From assembly GCA_031277415.1 (NCBI GenBank), contig JAITMK010000132.1, positions 3,977-67,976 on the forward strand: 64,000 nucleotides of DNA, written 5' to 3'. The notes under the pieces are model-generated. The model was not told the DNA's origin, ran no database searches, and worked only from the letters and a program-made list of their open reading frames with translations. This DNA is from Azoarcus sp. GTDB taxonomy: Bacteria; Pseudomonadota; Gammaproteobacteria; Burkholderiales; Rhodocyclaceae. Shown here piece by piece: positions 10,347-21,324 of the stretch (position 1 is the stretch's first letter; each line of letters begins with the position of its first letter). The position numbers and the translations under genes are program-made.

Positions 10347-11317
10347 CCCGCCTCCCTGTGAGCCCTGCCCTCTCCACCCAGCGTGGCCTGACCCTCGTTG
10401 AACTGATGATTTCCATGCTGCTGGGGTTGATCGTTGTCGGCGGCGTTCTGGGAATTTTCGTTGCCAACAGCGAAACAAATCGCCGCACGGGCGACCTTGC
10501 CCGCATTCAGGAAAACGCCCGCGCTGCCGTGCAATCCATAAGCCGTTCGATGCGCGAAGCAGGCGGCAATCCCTGTGGAATTCCTCCGGACAAGGGGCTG
10601 ATCATTCACACGGCAGACGCTCCGACAAGCAGTTGGTGGTCGGGCGGCGAAGGTTTCACATCAACCCTCAGCGGTTACGCAGGCGGAAACGGTTTTTCTG
10701 CCAATGGAAATGTGACGATGGTCGCCGGTAGCGACGCAGTCGTTACCGTCTCCGGCAACGCCTTTACCAAGGCCGTCATCAGCGACAGCCCGCCCGGCGG
10801 GCCGATAATTGTCCGCACGAGAGAAGGGTTCGCTGCGAACGATATTTTGTTTGCCTGTAGCATGGACAGAGGCTTGGGCGTGGTTTTCAAGGCAGGGGGA
10901 ATTTCCGCATCCGGAGCCAACTGGCAGATCAATCGCGCAACCCCTTTCGTGGGCACAGTCGCAGCCATGACAGCCACCTCTTTGGGGAAAGTCAACGCCG
11001 AAGGCTGGTTCGTCGGTGAGAACGTATGGGGCGGCACCTCCCTGTTTCGCGCATTCATCGGAGGCGGCGGGCAACCGGAAGAAATTGCCCAAGGCGTTTC
11101 GAACATGACGATCACTTATCTGTTGTCGGGCCAAGACCAATATGTGACTGCCGACGCAATCAACGACAATGACTGGCCAGGCGTTATCGCCGCCTACATC
11201 GAACTCACCGTCTCAAGAACCGGCAATAACGAGACCATCAACCGCACGGTCGGGCTGACCGTCAATCTCCGGAACAGGTTCGTATTGAACGCTACGGATG
11301 GAGAGACTTCGCCATGA
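10343..11317 (+). CDS. pilW: Type IV minor pilin PilW
   Basis: QRG|LTLVELMISMLLGLIV, RIQENARAA; ATGA overlap with pilV. Confidence 0.88.
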   Translation: MTRLPVSPALSTQRGLTLVELMISMLLGLIVVGGVLGIFVANSETNRRTGDLARIQENARAAVQSISRSMREAGGNPCGIPPDKGLIIHTADAPTSSWWSGGEGFTSTLSGYAGGNGFSANGNVTMVAGSDAVVTVSGNAFTKAVISDSPPGGPIIVRTREGFAANDILFACSMDRGLGVVFKAGGISASGANWQINRATPFVGTVAAMTATSLGKVNAEGWFVGENVWGGTSLFRAFIGGGGQPEEIAQGVSNMTITYLLSGQDQYVTADAINDNDWPGVIAAYIELTVSRTGNNETINRTVGLTVNLRNRFVLNATDGETSP

Positions 11318-11889
11318 CCCGCTCTGTTTCCGCCGTCCCTGTTTCCAGACTCCAGCGCGGCGCGTCGCTGATTATTGCCATGATCCTGCTGCTGGTCATG
11401 TCGCTGGTAGCAGCCGCCTCGTTGCGCAGCACACTCATGCAGGAGCGCATGAGTTCCAACACTTATGACCGCGATCTGGCTTTCCAGTCGGCAGAAGCCG
11501 GACTGAGGATGGGCGAACGTCAGGCAGAAAAAGCCGATCTGACTGCCTTGTCGGGCTGTCAAAGTCCAAAACCTTCAACAGGACTTTACCGGAACACCGA
11601 CCCCGCCTTATGTCCGCAGCCGCTCTGGGAAGGTCCGGCGCCGGGCGCCTCCGGTTCGTACTGGCACGACGCGCAGAACGATGCCGGAAGCGACGACATC
11701 AGTTTCAGCAGCAATAACCTGTCGCTCGCTCCCTATTACATCGTCGAACTTATCTCCGAAAAAGCGCCCTGCCAGATCAACGCCCCCGACTCGGACAGGA
11801 ATTGCAAGCGCTTCCGGGTCACAGCCAGCAGCAGAGCCGCCGAGGGCCGCTCACAGGTCATTCTCCAATCCATCTACGCCACCCAATAA
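11314..11889 (+). CDS. pilX: Type IV minor pilin PilX
   Basis: QRG|ASLII lacking Glu5, LMQERMSSN, AFQSAEAGLR, YYIVE. Confidence 0.9.
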   Translation: MTRSVSAVPVSRLQRGASLIIAMILLLVMSLVAAASLRSTLMQERMSSNTYDRDLAFQSAEAGLRMGERQAEKADLTALSGCQSPKPSTGLYRNTDPALCPQPLWEGPAPGASGSYWHDAQNDAGSDDISFSSNNLSLAPYYIVELISEKAPCQINAPDSDRNCKRFRVTASSRAAEGRSQVILQSIYATQ

Positions 11890-11932
11890 AAACAGGAAGG
11901 CAAGAGCGCCCGACCCCACAGGAAGCCACGCC

Positions 11933-14900
11933 ATGCACAATCATGAAAACAACATGTCCGAAGCCTGGAAGACACTCTCTTTGTTGCTTCCCTGCTTCCT
12001 TCTTGCCGCGGTGCCTGCCAGCGCACAGATTCTGATCCCCTCCGTCCCGCTGAACACGGGCCAGAGCAACCCCCCGCTCGTCATGCTGGTCGCGGGTAAA
12101 GATCACAAAATGTTTTACGAAGCCTACAACGACACCTCGGATCTCGACGGCGATGGCGTGATCGATATTCGCTTCAACCCCCGGATCGTTTACTACGGAT
12201 TGTTCGACAGCAAGCTGTGCTACAAAAACAATGGAACCACCGGAAACAGCCTGAGCGACGTTTTCATCCCCGAGTCCGCCGTCACCGACATGACGCTCCA
12301 TAAATGTCGCGGAGGGCAGTGGTCAGGAAACTTTCTCAACTACGTCACCACCAGCCGCATGGACGCCTTGCGCAAAGTCCTCTATGGCGGCGAGCGCGCC
12401 ACGGACTCCGCTTCCGAAACCGTACTGCGCCGCGCCTATATCCCGCGCGATGCGCATGGATGGGGCAAGGAATACACCAGCGTACTCGTAGACGGTTACA
12501 ACATTTCCGACTACACCCCGCACCCCGTACCCACTTCGGGAAGGCGTCACTTTTTCGGCAGCTACACTCCGCTTACGAATTGCAGTACCCCTTCAACCTG
12601 CCGCTCGGCGGCCCCGGTGCTGCACGTAGCGCTCAATACCGGAAGTTCCTATCGCATATGGGACTGGTCCGGCTCCGAAGCCGGCAGCCTCTTCAGCGAC
12701 TCGGGGGTTGGAGCCACCTCCAATAAAAAATACAGGGTATTTGTTCAGGCCTGTTCCCTTGCCTTCACCCTGCCGGACGGCACGGCCAATTACCGGGGCG
12801 AAAACTGCAAACCCTATGTGGATTCCAAGGGCGTCACCGTATACCGGCCTACCGGCGTGCTGCACAAGTTCGGAGAAGACGGAACCATCCTCTTCGGACT
12901 GCTTACCGGCAGCTATGACACCAACGTTTCCGGCGGCATATTGCGCAAGACCGTTTCTTCCTTCGCCAACGAAGTCAACCCGCAAACCGGCCAATTCACC
13001 GCCAACAACACCATCGTCAAGACTTTCAACAACATCATGGTTCGCGGCTTCATGGGCAATACCATGCAGTACGTGAACTATCTCGGCGGCAACGCCTGGA
13101 TCGGTGGCCGTATCATGAACGAACGCGAATTTCCCGACTGGGGCAACCCCGTCGGCGAAATGATGTACGAGGCGCTGCGCTATCTCGGCGGCGCAGGCAC
13201 CCCGACTTCCGTTTTCCAGATCAGCACCGTTACCAACGACAATGCTGTCGGCCTGGCTCGCGCCACCTGGGACAAACCCTACAACCGCGTGCCCTGGTGC
13301 TCCCAGCCCAACATCCTCGTTCTCTCGGACATCAATCCCTCGTTCGATTCGGACCAACTGCCGGGCGCGCGGTTCCGGAGTTGCACAAAGTCGACAGCCA
13401 ATCTCACTACCACGGCAGCCTGCGTCACGGGCGCAACCGACTTCACCGGCTCTTTCGGGTCGCTCAACGTCGGAAAACTCGTCGATGAAATCGGCTCGAA
13501 AGAAGGCATCAACGGCAAGAGCTTCTTCATCGGCCAGTCCGGCTCGACAACCGACTGGGCGCCAACGGCCAAAACCGTTTCCTCCCTTTCCACCGTTCGC
13601 GGCCTTGCGCCGGAAGAACCCGGCAAAGAAGGCAGCTACAACTCCGCCGGCGTTGCGTATTACGGCAAAACCGTCGGTGTTCCCACCGTAACGGGGAAAA
13701 AAAACCAGCCTGTCGACACCTGGGTCATCGCGCTCGCTTCCCCTTTACCCAAAATCGAAGTGACCACGCCGAAAGGAACCATCACCATCGTGCCCTTCGG
13801 TAAATCCGTCGTGGGCAGTGGTTACGGCATCGACCCCGCGCGCACGCGCTTTCAGCCCGCCACCCAGATCGTCGAGTTCTACGTCACCGATCCTCCAAAG
13901 AACACGGGCCTTTACGATGCGAAATTCCTGGTCAACTACGAAGACATGGAACAGGGTGCGGATCACGACATGGATTTCATTGTCGAATATCACATCCAGC
14001 AACAAGCGAACGGAAATGTCAAAGTCATGCTCACGCCAAAATACATGGCGGCAGGCATCGTCATGAACGTCGGCTACATCGTCTCCGGCGCAGGCGCGCA
14101 GGATGGGCCTTACCTCGTCACGCAAAACATACGGCAAACTTCTACCAGCAGTTATTACTATCTCAACGTGCCGGATACGCAAGCCGCCGGATACTGCAAC
14201 AGCAACAACTCCGGATGCTATGCCCTGCCCGCTTGCACCACCGGCAACCACGGCATATGTAATCTTGGCAACATAAGCACACGAACCTTCACCCCAAGCA
14301 GCGCCGGAAATGCGGCCACCCTGCTGAAAGATCCGCTCTGGTACGCCGCCAAATGGGGCGGATTCCGCAGCAGGGCCAACGACGCCAACAACTGGCCCAA
14401 CACCCCTGCAAAATGGGATACCGACGGTGACGGCCAGCCCGACAACTACTTTTCCGTCAGAAACGCCCTCGCGCTGGAAAAGGCGTTGACCACCGCCCTC
14501 AACGCCATCCGGGAGAACACGGACAAATCTTCCGGCAAAATCTCCACGAGCAGCGACACCCTCGGTTCCTCCGACACCCTGGCCTTCAGCACCGCGCTCA
14601 GTTCTACCGTCGACCCACCCGACTGGAGCGGGGATCTCGTCGCCAAGGTCATCACCCGTGTCAACCAGGACAACCCCACCGGACTCGGCCCGGTGCGCTG
14701 GCGGGCCGCCGAACAGCTTTCCGCTGCCGCCGCGCGGCGCATCTTCACCCGCAACAACGCCAATTTGCAGGACATTTCGAGCCACGGCATACAATTCCAG
14801 TGGAATCAGCTCAATTCGGCTCAACAGGCTGCTCTCACCGGGGGGAACCAGTTCAACGGGGCTGATGTGCTCGATTACGTGCGCGGCAGCGCCAGCAAAG

Positions 14901-16423
14901 AGATTGCGAACTCCGGAAAACTCCGCACCCGCGCCAGGGCAGGCAGCGCAGCCAGCCCGCTCGGCGACAGCCCGAACAACGGCCCGCATTACTTCAAACC
15001 CACCGACACCGTTTATCTCGGCGCAAACGACGGAATGCTGCACGCATTCAATGCCGCAACGGGCAAGGAACTGTTTGCCTACATCCCTTCCGCGCTCATC
15101 CCGAAACTGCCGGAACTCGCCCGCCCCGACTACGGCCATGCCTGGTATGTCGATGGAGAAATCGCCGTTGGAACCGTTACCCAGGGAGCCGCCACAACCC
15201 ACATGCTGATCGGCGCACTTGGGCGCGGCGGGAAAGGGCTTTTCGGGCTTGACGTGACAAACCCGGCCAGTTTCTCCACCAATCACGTTGCCTGGGAACT
15301 CAATGCCCCGCCAGACGGACAATGCGGAACGAATCCGGACCACGACAACCTCGGCATCATCCTCGGCAAGCCCCTCTTTGTCACCTTGAACGACGGCAAA
15401 ACCTACGCCCTCACCGGAAACGGCTACAACAGTTGCACCGGCAAGGCCGCGCTCTACGTCATCGACATCCTGACAGGCCAGGTCGTCCGGCGCATCGACA
15501 CGCCCATTGTGGGCAACAACGGCCTCTCCACCCCGGCCGTGCTGGACACCAACGGCGATGACAAGATCGACTTCGCCTGGGCAGGGGATCTCCTCGGCAA
15601 CCTCTGGCGGTTCGATCTGAGCTCAAACTCGCCCGCAGATTGGAACGTCCGCTTCGGTTCCAGTGCCGTGCCCATGTTTACCGCAACCAGCAACACGGGC
15701 AAAGCGCAACCCATTACCGCGTCTCCGATCGCCATCCTCCTCGACAGCGGAACAGATGGCTCTCCCGCTCCTTTCGTCTTTTTCGGCACGGGCCGCTACC
15801 TCACCCTCGCCGACAGAACCGATCAGAGCGTCCAAAGCTGGTACGGGCTCATCGACGATAACGGCAGCGGAACCATTACCCGCAATCAACTGGTACGGCG
15901 CAAGTACGAGTCTTCCGGTTCCGCCGTACTCTCCAACGGAAAACAAACCTCCACTCGAACCATGCAGACACAGGGTAACGTCAACGACATGAACAACAAA
16001 CGCGGCTGGTTCATCGATTTCGACTTCAAGGGCGACGAAGGCGAACGGGTCGTCGGCGCCCCACTCGTCATCAAAACCCACCGCGGCGCAGTGGTCGTAG
16101 TCCCCTCCATCATCCCCAGCGACGATCCCTGCATGGCAGGCGGGCGAGGCTATCTCAACTACGTTTCCGCCCTCAGCGGCGCGGCAGTCGACTTCCCCTT
16201 CATCGACCTCAACGGCGACGGCATCATCGATGCGAAGGACGTGCTTGGCACAGGTTCCGTCGACCTGCAAATCGGCATGCCGGGAAATCTTGTCCTGATC
16301 AGTAGCAGCGGCGGCGGCAAGCAACTCGTCATCGGAGGTACGGAAGAAGACCTCGGCATTGACCTGGGAGGCGGATCAACCCACCGAGGACGAGTTTCCT
16401 GGCGGGAAATCATTCGGGAGTAG
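11933..16423 (+). CDS. pilY1: Type IV pilus tip adhesin PilY1/PilC
   Basis: Signal peptide; VYLGANDGMLHAF, ELFAYIP, GALGRGGKG, DTNGDDKID Ca loop, GRVSWREI C-terminus. Confidence 0.92.
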   Translation: MHNHENNMSEAWKTLSLLLPCFLLAAVPASAQILIPSVPLNTGQSNPPLVMLVAGKDHKMFYEAYNDTSDLDGDGVIDIRFNPRIVYYGLFDSKLCYKNNGTTGNSLSDVFIPESAVTDMTLHKCRGGQWSGNFLNYVTTSRMDALRKVLYGGERATDSASETVLRRAYIPRDAHGWGKEYTSVLVDGYNISDYTPHPVPTSGRRHFFGSYTPLTNCSTPSTCRSAAPVLHVALNTGSSYRIWDWSGSEAGSLFSDSGVGATSNKKYRVFVQACSLAFTLPDGTANYRGENCKPYVDSKGVTVYRPTGVLHKFGEDGTILFGLLTGSYDTNVSGGILRKTVSSFANEVNPQTGQFTANNTIVKTFNNIMVRGFMGNTMQYVNYLGGNAWIGGRIMNEREFPDWGNPVGEMMYEALRYLGGAGTPTSVFQISTVTNDNAVGLARATWDKPYNRVPWCSQPNILVLSDINPSFDSDQLPGARFRSCTKSTANLTTTAACVTGATDFTGSFGSLNVGKLVDEIGSKEGINGKSFFIGQSGSTTDWAPTAKTVSSLSTVRGLAPEEPGKEGSYNSAGVAYYGKTVGVPTVTGKKNQPVDTWVIALASPLPKIEVTTPKGTITIVPFGKSVVGSGYGIDPARTRFQPATQIVEFYVTDPPKNTGLYDAKFLVNYEDMEQGADHDMDFIVEYHIQQQANGNVKVMLTPKYMAAGIVMNVGYIVSGAGAQDGPYLVTQNIRQTSTSSYYYLNVPDTQAAGYCNSNNSGCYALPACTTGNHGICNLGNISTRTFTPSSAGNAATLLKDPLWYAAKWGGFRSRANDANNWPNTPAKWDTDGDGQPDNYFSVRNALALEKALTTALNAIRENTDKSSGKISTSSDTLGSSDTLAFSTALSSTVDPPDWSGDLVAKVITRVNQDNPTGLGPVRWRAAEQLSAAAARRIFTRNNANLQDISSHGIQFQWNQLNSAQQAALTGGNQFNGADVLDYVRGSASKEIANSGKLRTRARAGSAASPLGDSPNNGPHYFKPTDTVYLGANDGMLHAFNAATGKELFAYIPSALIPKLPELARPDYGHAWYVDGEIAVGTVTQGAATTHMLIGALGRGGKGLFGLDVTNPASFSTNHVAWELNAPPDGQCGTNPDHDNLGIILGKPLFVTLNDGKTYALTGNGYNSCTGKAALYVIDILTGQVVRRIDTPIVGNNGLSTPAVLDTNGDDKIDFAWAGDLLGNLWRFDLSSNSPADWNVRFGSSAVPMFTATSNTGKAQPITASPIAILLDSGTDGSPAPFVFFGTGRYLTLADRTDQSVQSWYGLIDDNGSGTITRNQLVRRKYESSGSAVLSNGKQTSTRTMQTQGNVNDMNNKRGWFIDFDFKGDEGERVVGAPLVIKTHRGAVVVVPSIIPSDDPCMAGGRGYLNYVSALSGAAVDFPFIDLNGDGIIDAKDVLGTGSVDLQIGMPGNLVLISSSGGGKQLVIGGTEEDLGIDLGGGSTHRGRVSWREIIRE

Positions 16424-16479
16424 CAGGCTCGTTCTCTGCATTACGAAAACAAGCTCCAAAAGGCGAGAGTAAAGGAGTT

Positions 16480-16507
16480 GCGCCGGGGAAACCCGGCGCT
16501 TTTTTTT
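16480..16507 (+). terminator. Intrinsic terminator after pilY1
   Basis: GCGCCGGG-GAAA-CCCGGCGC followed by T8. Confidence 0.85.
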
Positions 16508-16552
16508 GGATATCACGCGAACTGTTTGATGGGGTTGAAACTTCTGTCCTTT

Positions 16553-17551
16553 TCACGGCCTTGTAGGCATTCCGGGCGTATATCCCTGTTCTGATGCCTT
16601 GCGAAACCACTTCTCGGCTTCAGCATCATTCTTGGCTACACCTCGTCCATGGGCGTACATTATTCCAAGGTTATATTGACCCATCGCATTGCCTTGTTCT
16701 GCAGACCTGCGAATCCACTTCACGGCCTCGTCATAATTCTGGGGCACACCCTGTCCATTGGCATACAACCCTCCAAGATTACTTTGAGCCACCGCATTTC
16801 CCTGTTCCGCCGACATGCGGAATAGTTTTAATGCTTCAGCATAGTCCTGTGTTACCCCCCGGCCTTCGAGGTACATCCTTCCAAGATTATTCTGCGCATT
16901 TATGTCTCCCTGTTTCACGGCTTTCATGTACCACTTCACGGCCTCAGCATCATCACGCGCTACGCCCAAGCCATTGGCGTACATCATTCCAAGACTGTTC
17001 TGACCCAGCGCTTTTCCCTGTTCTGCTGACTTGCGAGTCCACTTCAATGCCTCGGCATAATTCTGTGCAACACCCCGGCCTGCGATGTACATTGTTCCAA
17101 GGTTGTTCTGACCCAATGCATTTCCCTGCTCTGCCGACTTGCGATACCACTTCACTGCTTCCGCATCATTGCACGCTACGCCCAGACATCTGTCGTACAT
17201 CCATCCAAGATTACTTTGACCCCACGCATCCCCCTGTTCCGCAGCCTTGCGGAACCATTCCAAGGCTTGCGCATTATCCTGCGCGACACCCCGGCCTGTG
17301 ATATACGCCATCCCAAGGTTATTTTGCGATTTCGCATATCCCTGTTCCGCAGCCTTGCGGAACCATTTCAGGGCTTGCGCATTATCCCGCGCAACGCCCT
17401 GGCCTTCGGCATACATCGCCCCGAGGATGTGTTGCGCGGGCACATTGCCTTGCTCTGCCGCGCGTTTGACGGCCTCGAAATCCTGCGCCTGAACCGGCAG
17501 GGTAATGCAAATTGCAAACAAACCCATGCACCAACGCAGAATCTGAAACAT
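16553..17551 (-). CDS. Exported Sel1-like repeat protein (8 repeats)
   Basis: Eight 36-aa units AEQGxAxAQxNLGxMYxxGxGVxxDxAEAxKW; AGGAGA RBS; signal peptide. Confidence 0.92.
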   Translation of the reverse strand: MFQILRWCMGLFAICITLPVQAQDFEAVKRAAEQGNVPAQHILGAMYAEGQGVARDNAQALKWFRKAAEQGYAKSQNNLGMAYITGRGVAQDNAQALEWFRKAAEQGDAWGQSNLGWMYDRCLGVACNDAEAVKWYRKSAEQGNALGQNNLGTMYIAGRGVAQNYAEALKWTRKSAEQGKALGQNSLGMMYANGLGVARDDAEAVKWYMKAVKQGDINAQNNLGRMYLEGRGVTQDYAEALKLFRMSAEQGNAVAQSNLGGLYANGQGVPQNYDEAVKWIRRSAEQGNAMGQYNLGIMYAHGRGVAKNDAEAEKWFRKASEQGYTPGMPTRP

Positions 17552-17662
17552 CTCATTTCTCCTACCTGAAGCAATTCGAAAAAACAAACATGCCTAAAGA
17601 GTATGAGAACTCCCAGCAAGCATCCTCCTGTATTTCAACCGTTCCGGAACAACCAGGGCAAC

Positions 17663-19123
17663 TCAGCGAACGTCCGAAACGCGCGCATTCACGGAGTATC
17701 GGGACGACGTACTCCCCAGAAGGAAAGCAAAACCGTAGTCTTCCAGGTAGTAATAGGAGGCGATTTCGTCGACCCTCCTTCCAACGGTATGGCATTTCAA
17801 TTCTTTTGCCCTGCCTTGAAGCTGCGGATGCAATTCTGTGGCCTGCAGGTTACGGGCGACTTTGCAAATGACTTCCGACTCCCGGTTGGATTGGTTGGTA
17901 ACGAGATCCGTGATCTTTACACGCTGCCAATACCCCAATTGGCCGTTGATGGACATATTGTCCCAGTCTCCCCGCAATTCCAGCCTGTCGGCCTGAAAAA
18001 CGTTTTGCTCCTCGGCGCTATAGAGCATCTGGCTGACAGGAACCATGCCGAGAAAACTGATCTGCTCCGTCCTGTCGTCGCCCTCCTGCCATGTGACGTG
18101 GAAAACGCCCGGTGTCGAGGTAGGTTCGATCGAGACATCCTGCTGGAAGGCCACGGGTTTGTTCGAGCGGGCTGCCGCGCTGCCGCTCAGCGGCAACCGG
18201 GTTCCTTCGATGCGCATGGAAGTAATGGATCGCACGGGCGAAACATGCCTGAGTTGTGCAAGTTGCGCGGCAATGTTCGCATCCAGATCGGGCAGGACGG
18301 AAAAATTCGGCAACCGCTTGCCGCGCGGTTCGGGAGGCAGGAGGGTCTGGGACAGGTTTTCGTTGCTGCAAATCGCCGACAGCATGGTAGCGGAATCGCC
18401 GGTAGCCTGCGGAATCCCCAGGACGGACGGATAAGTCTGTACCCCGCCGTCCGTGACCGTCTGTTGTTGATCCAGGTAATAGACATGAAGAAGGGAATAC
18501 GACTGCTTCTGGCAATCCGCCTGGTAGAACCCGGCCCGGCGGGCATATGGCGCCTTGGAAAGCCGGATATACGCGAGATAGGGATAATCGACTGCCGCCC
18601 AGAAGCGAACGCTGCCATCCGCCTGTGCTTTCAGGCTCGAAATTTCCAGTAAAAGCTGCGCCTCCGTCTTCTTGTTGTAGGCCAGTTCGCGCCAGGAGGG
18701 AGCACGCTCACAGGCTTCCTTGACTGCATCCAGCCGATGAACAGCCTTGGCGGCAGATTCGCTCAAGGCAAGCGGCGGAGCATAGAGCGAGGTTCCGCTG
18801 GTGTAATGCCTTTCCTTCCTGGCAGGGGATGTCTTTCTGTCCATAATGTCTGCATAAAGCCAGTCTGCCCTCCCGCTCGCGCAATCCACACGAAGATACA
18901 GTTCTCCGGTCGCCTTGCCCCCGGACTCCGGCAAACGCACGGCCAGAAAAACCTTTTCATCATTGCGCAGCACACTTTCCCCGATCACGTTGTTTTTTTC
19001 GGCGGCTTCTCTGACAGCCTCATCAATGTGTTTCTGATCGGTAGTCAGTTTCAGCGAGGAAGAAGGGGAACTGCACGCAAACAGGACAAAAGAGAAAGCG
19101 GCAAGCAGGTATGTTGATTTCAT
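17663..19123 (-). CDS. Lipoprotein of unknown function
   Basis: Lipobox VLFA-C at residue 17; no clear family. Confidence 0.7.
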   Translation of the reverse strand: MKSTYLLAAFSFVLFACSSPSSSLKLTTDQKHIDEAVREAAEKNNVIGESVLRNDEKVFLAVRLPESGGKATGELYLRVDCASGRADWLYADIMDRKTSPARKERHYTSGTSLYAPPLALSESAAKAVHRLDAVKEACERAPSWRELAYNKKTEAQLLLEISSLKAQADGSVRFWAAVDYPYLAYIRLSKAPYARRAGFYQADCQKQSYSLLHVYYLDQQQTVTDGGVQTYPSVLGIPQATGDSATMLSAICSNENLSQTLLPPEPRGKRLPNFSVLPDLDANIAAQLAQLRHVSPVRSITSMRIEGTRLPLSGSAAARSNKPVAFQQDVSIEPTSTPGVFHVTWQEGDDRTEQISFLGMVPVSQMLYSAEEQNVFQADRLELRGDWDNMSINGQLGYWQRVKITDLVTNQSNRESEVICKVARNLQATELHPQLQGRAKELKCHTVGRRVDEIASYYYLEDYGFAFLLGSTSSRYSVNARVSDVR

Positions 19124-19206
19124 GATGAATACACTCTCGAAAAACGCTATTGGTACATGTGCTGGTACATCGAAAAAACCTCTGCATTACCCTGCATCCA
19201 CTGCTT

Positions 19207-19281
19207 GTCATCCTGCTTGATACCGCAGGATCCATGCGGTAACTGGATTCTGCGACTTCGCTTCGCTACGCGCAGAATGAC
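19207..19281. repeat. REP/MITE-like palindromic element
   Basis: Terminal inverted repeats GTCATCCTGC...GCAGAATGAC with internal hairpins and TTCGCTTCGCT core; intergenic between divergent genes. Confidence 0.55.
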
Positions 19282-19382
19282 AGGAGGGGTTTTGCAGATG
19301 TTCCAAAAGGATTCGGTATTTTAACCTTAATCTCCCGGAACCGTCCCTTATCCACGCAAGGCAAAAAAGACCATCGGCTATC

Positions 19383-20333
<951 letters not shown>

Positions 20334-20343
20334 GCATTTCCGC

Positions 20344-21324
20344 ATGCTCGCCGTGCCCGCCCGCCTGCGTGCCCTGTTCCGGTTAGGCCCGGGCAAACCG
20401 GAAGCCGCGCCGGTCGGGTTGCGGCAGGGGCGTATTTACATTCTGCCCACGTTGCCGGGACTGGCTTTCGCGGGGATGCTGGTAATCATGCTGGTCGCTT
20501 CGATCAATTACGGCATCAGCCTGGGCTACGCGTTTACGTTTCTGCTCGGCGGCGCGGGAATTGGCAGTGTCCTTTTTGCCTTTCGCAATCTGTTGCGGAT
20601 CTCGATCCGGTACGGCAAGGCGGAATCCGCGTTTCTCGGCGGCAACGTGGTATTTCATTTGCTCTTCGATAATCCCGAGCCACGCCGCCGCCCGGCACTG
20701 CGGCTGATCGGCAACGGCAGGCTGGGAGAAACCTGCTTCGATCTGCCCCCCGGCTCATGCAGCGAAATCCTCCTGGCTCTACCCGCAGAGCGGCGCGGTG
20801 TGCTGCCGATTGGCCGCACGGTGATCGAAACGCGCTGGCCGCTCGGGCTTGTCCGCGCATGGAGTGTATTCGTTCCGGATATGGAGGCTTTGGTTTTCCC
20901 CAAACCGGAAATCGATCCTCCTCCACCCACGTCCTTTCCGGGTAACCGCTCCGTGGATTGGGGAAACCTGCACACGGGCAACGAGGATTTCGCCAGCTTG
21001 CGCGCTTACCAGGACACGGATTCTCCCCGGCATCTGGCCTGGAAAATCTATGCGCGCACCGGAGAAATGATGACAAAAGAATTTTCGGCTTCAGCAGGAG
21101 ACGAACTGTTCTTCGACTGGGATGACCTTCCTGTCGAATTGCCCGAAGAGCCACGGCTTTCAAGGCTGGCCGCCTGGTTGCTGCGAGCCGATCAGGCCGG
21201 GCACCGTTATGCATTACGCCTGCCCGGATGCGAATTTTCCTCCGCGCGGGGCGAGGCACACTTGTACCGTTGCCTTGGCGCACTGGCTTTACATGGAGCG
21301 GGACGGGAAAGGAAATGGGAATAA
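20344..21324 (+). CDS. DUF58 domain protein
   Basis: Two N-terminal TM segments; EDFASLRAYQDTDSPRHLAWK motif; follows moxR. Confidence 0.85.
   Translation: MLAVPARLRALFRLGPGKPEAAPVGLRQGRIYILPTLPGLAFAGMLVIMLVASINYGISLGYAFTFLLGGAGIGSVLFAFRNLLRISIRYGKAESAFLGGNVVFHLLFDNPEPRRRPALRLIGNGRLGETCFDLPPGSCSEILLALPAERRGVLPIGRTVIETRWPLGLVRAWSVFVPDMEALVFPKPEIDPPPPTSFPGNRSVDWGNLHTGNEDFASLRAYQDTDSPRHLAWKIYARTGEMMTKEFSASAGDELFFDWDDLPVELPEEPRLSRLAAWLLRADQAGHRYALRLPGCEFSSARGEAHLYRCLGALALHGAGRERKWE

Noticed and set aside
13745-15343. 532-aa minus ORF (also 4161-4997, 17603-18652, 44154-45569, 63044-63913 and similar)
   Set aside because: Antisense shadows of well-supported genes; no motifs
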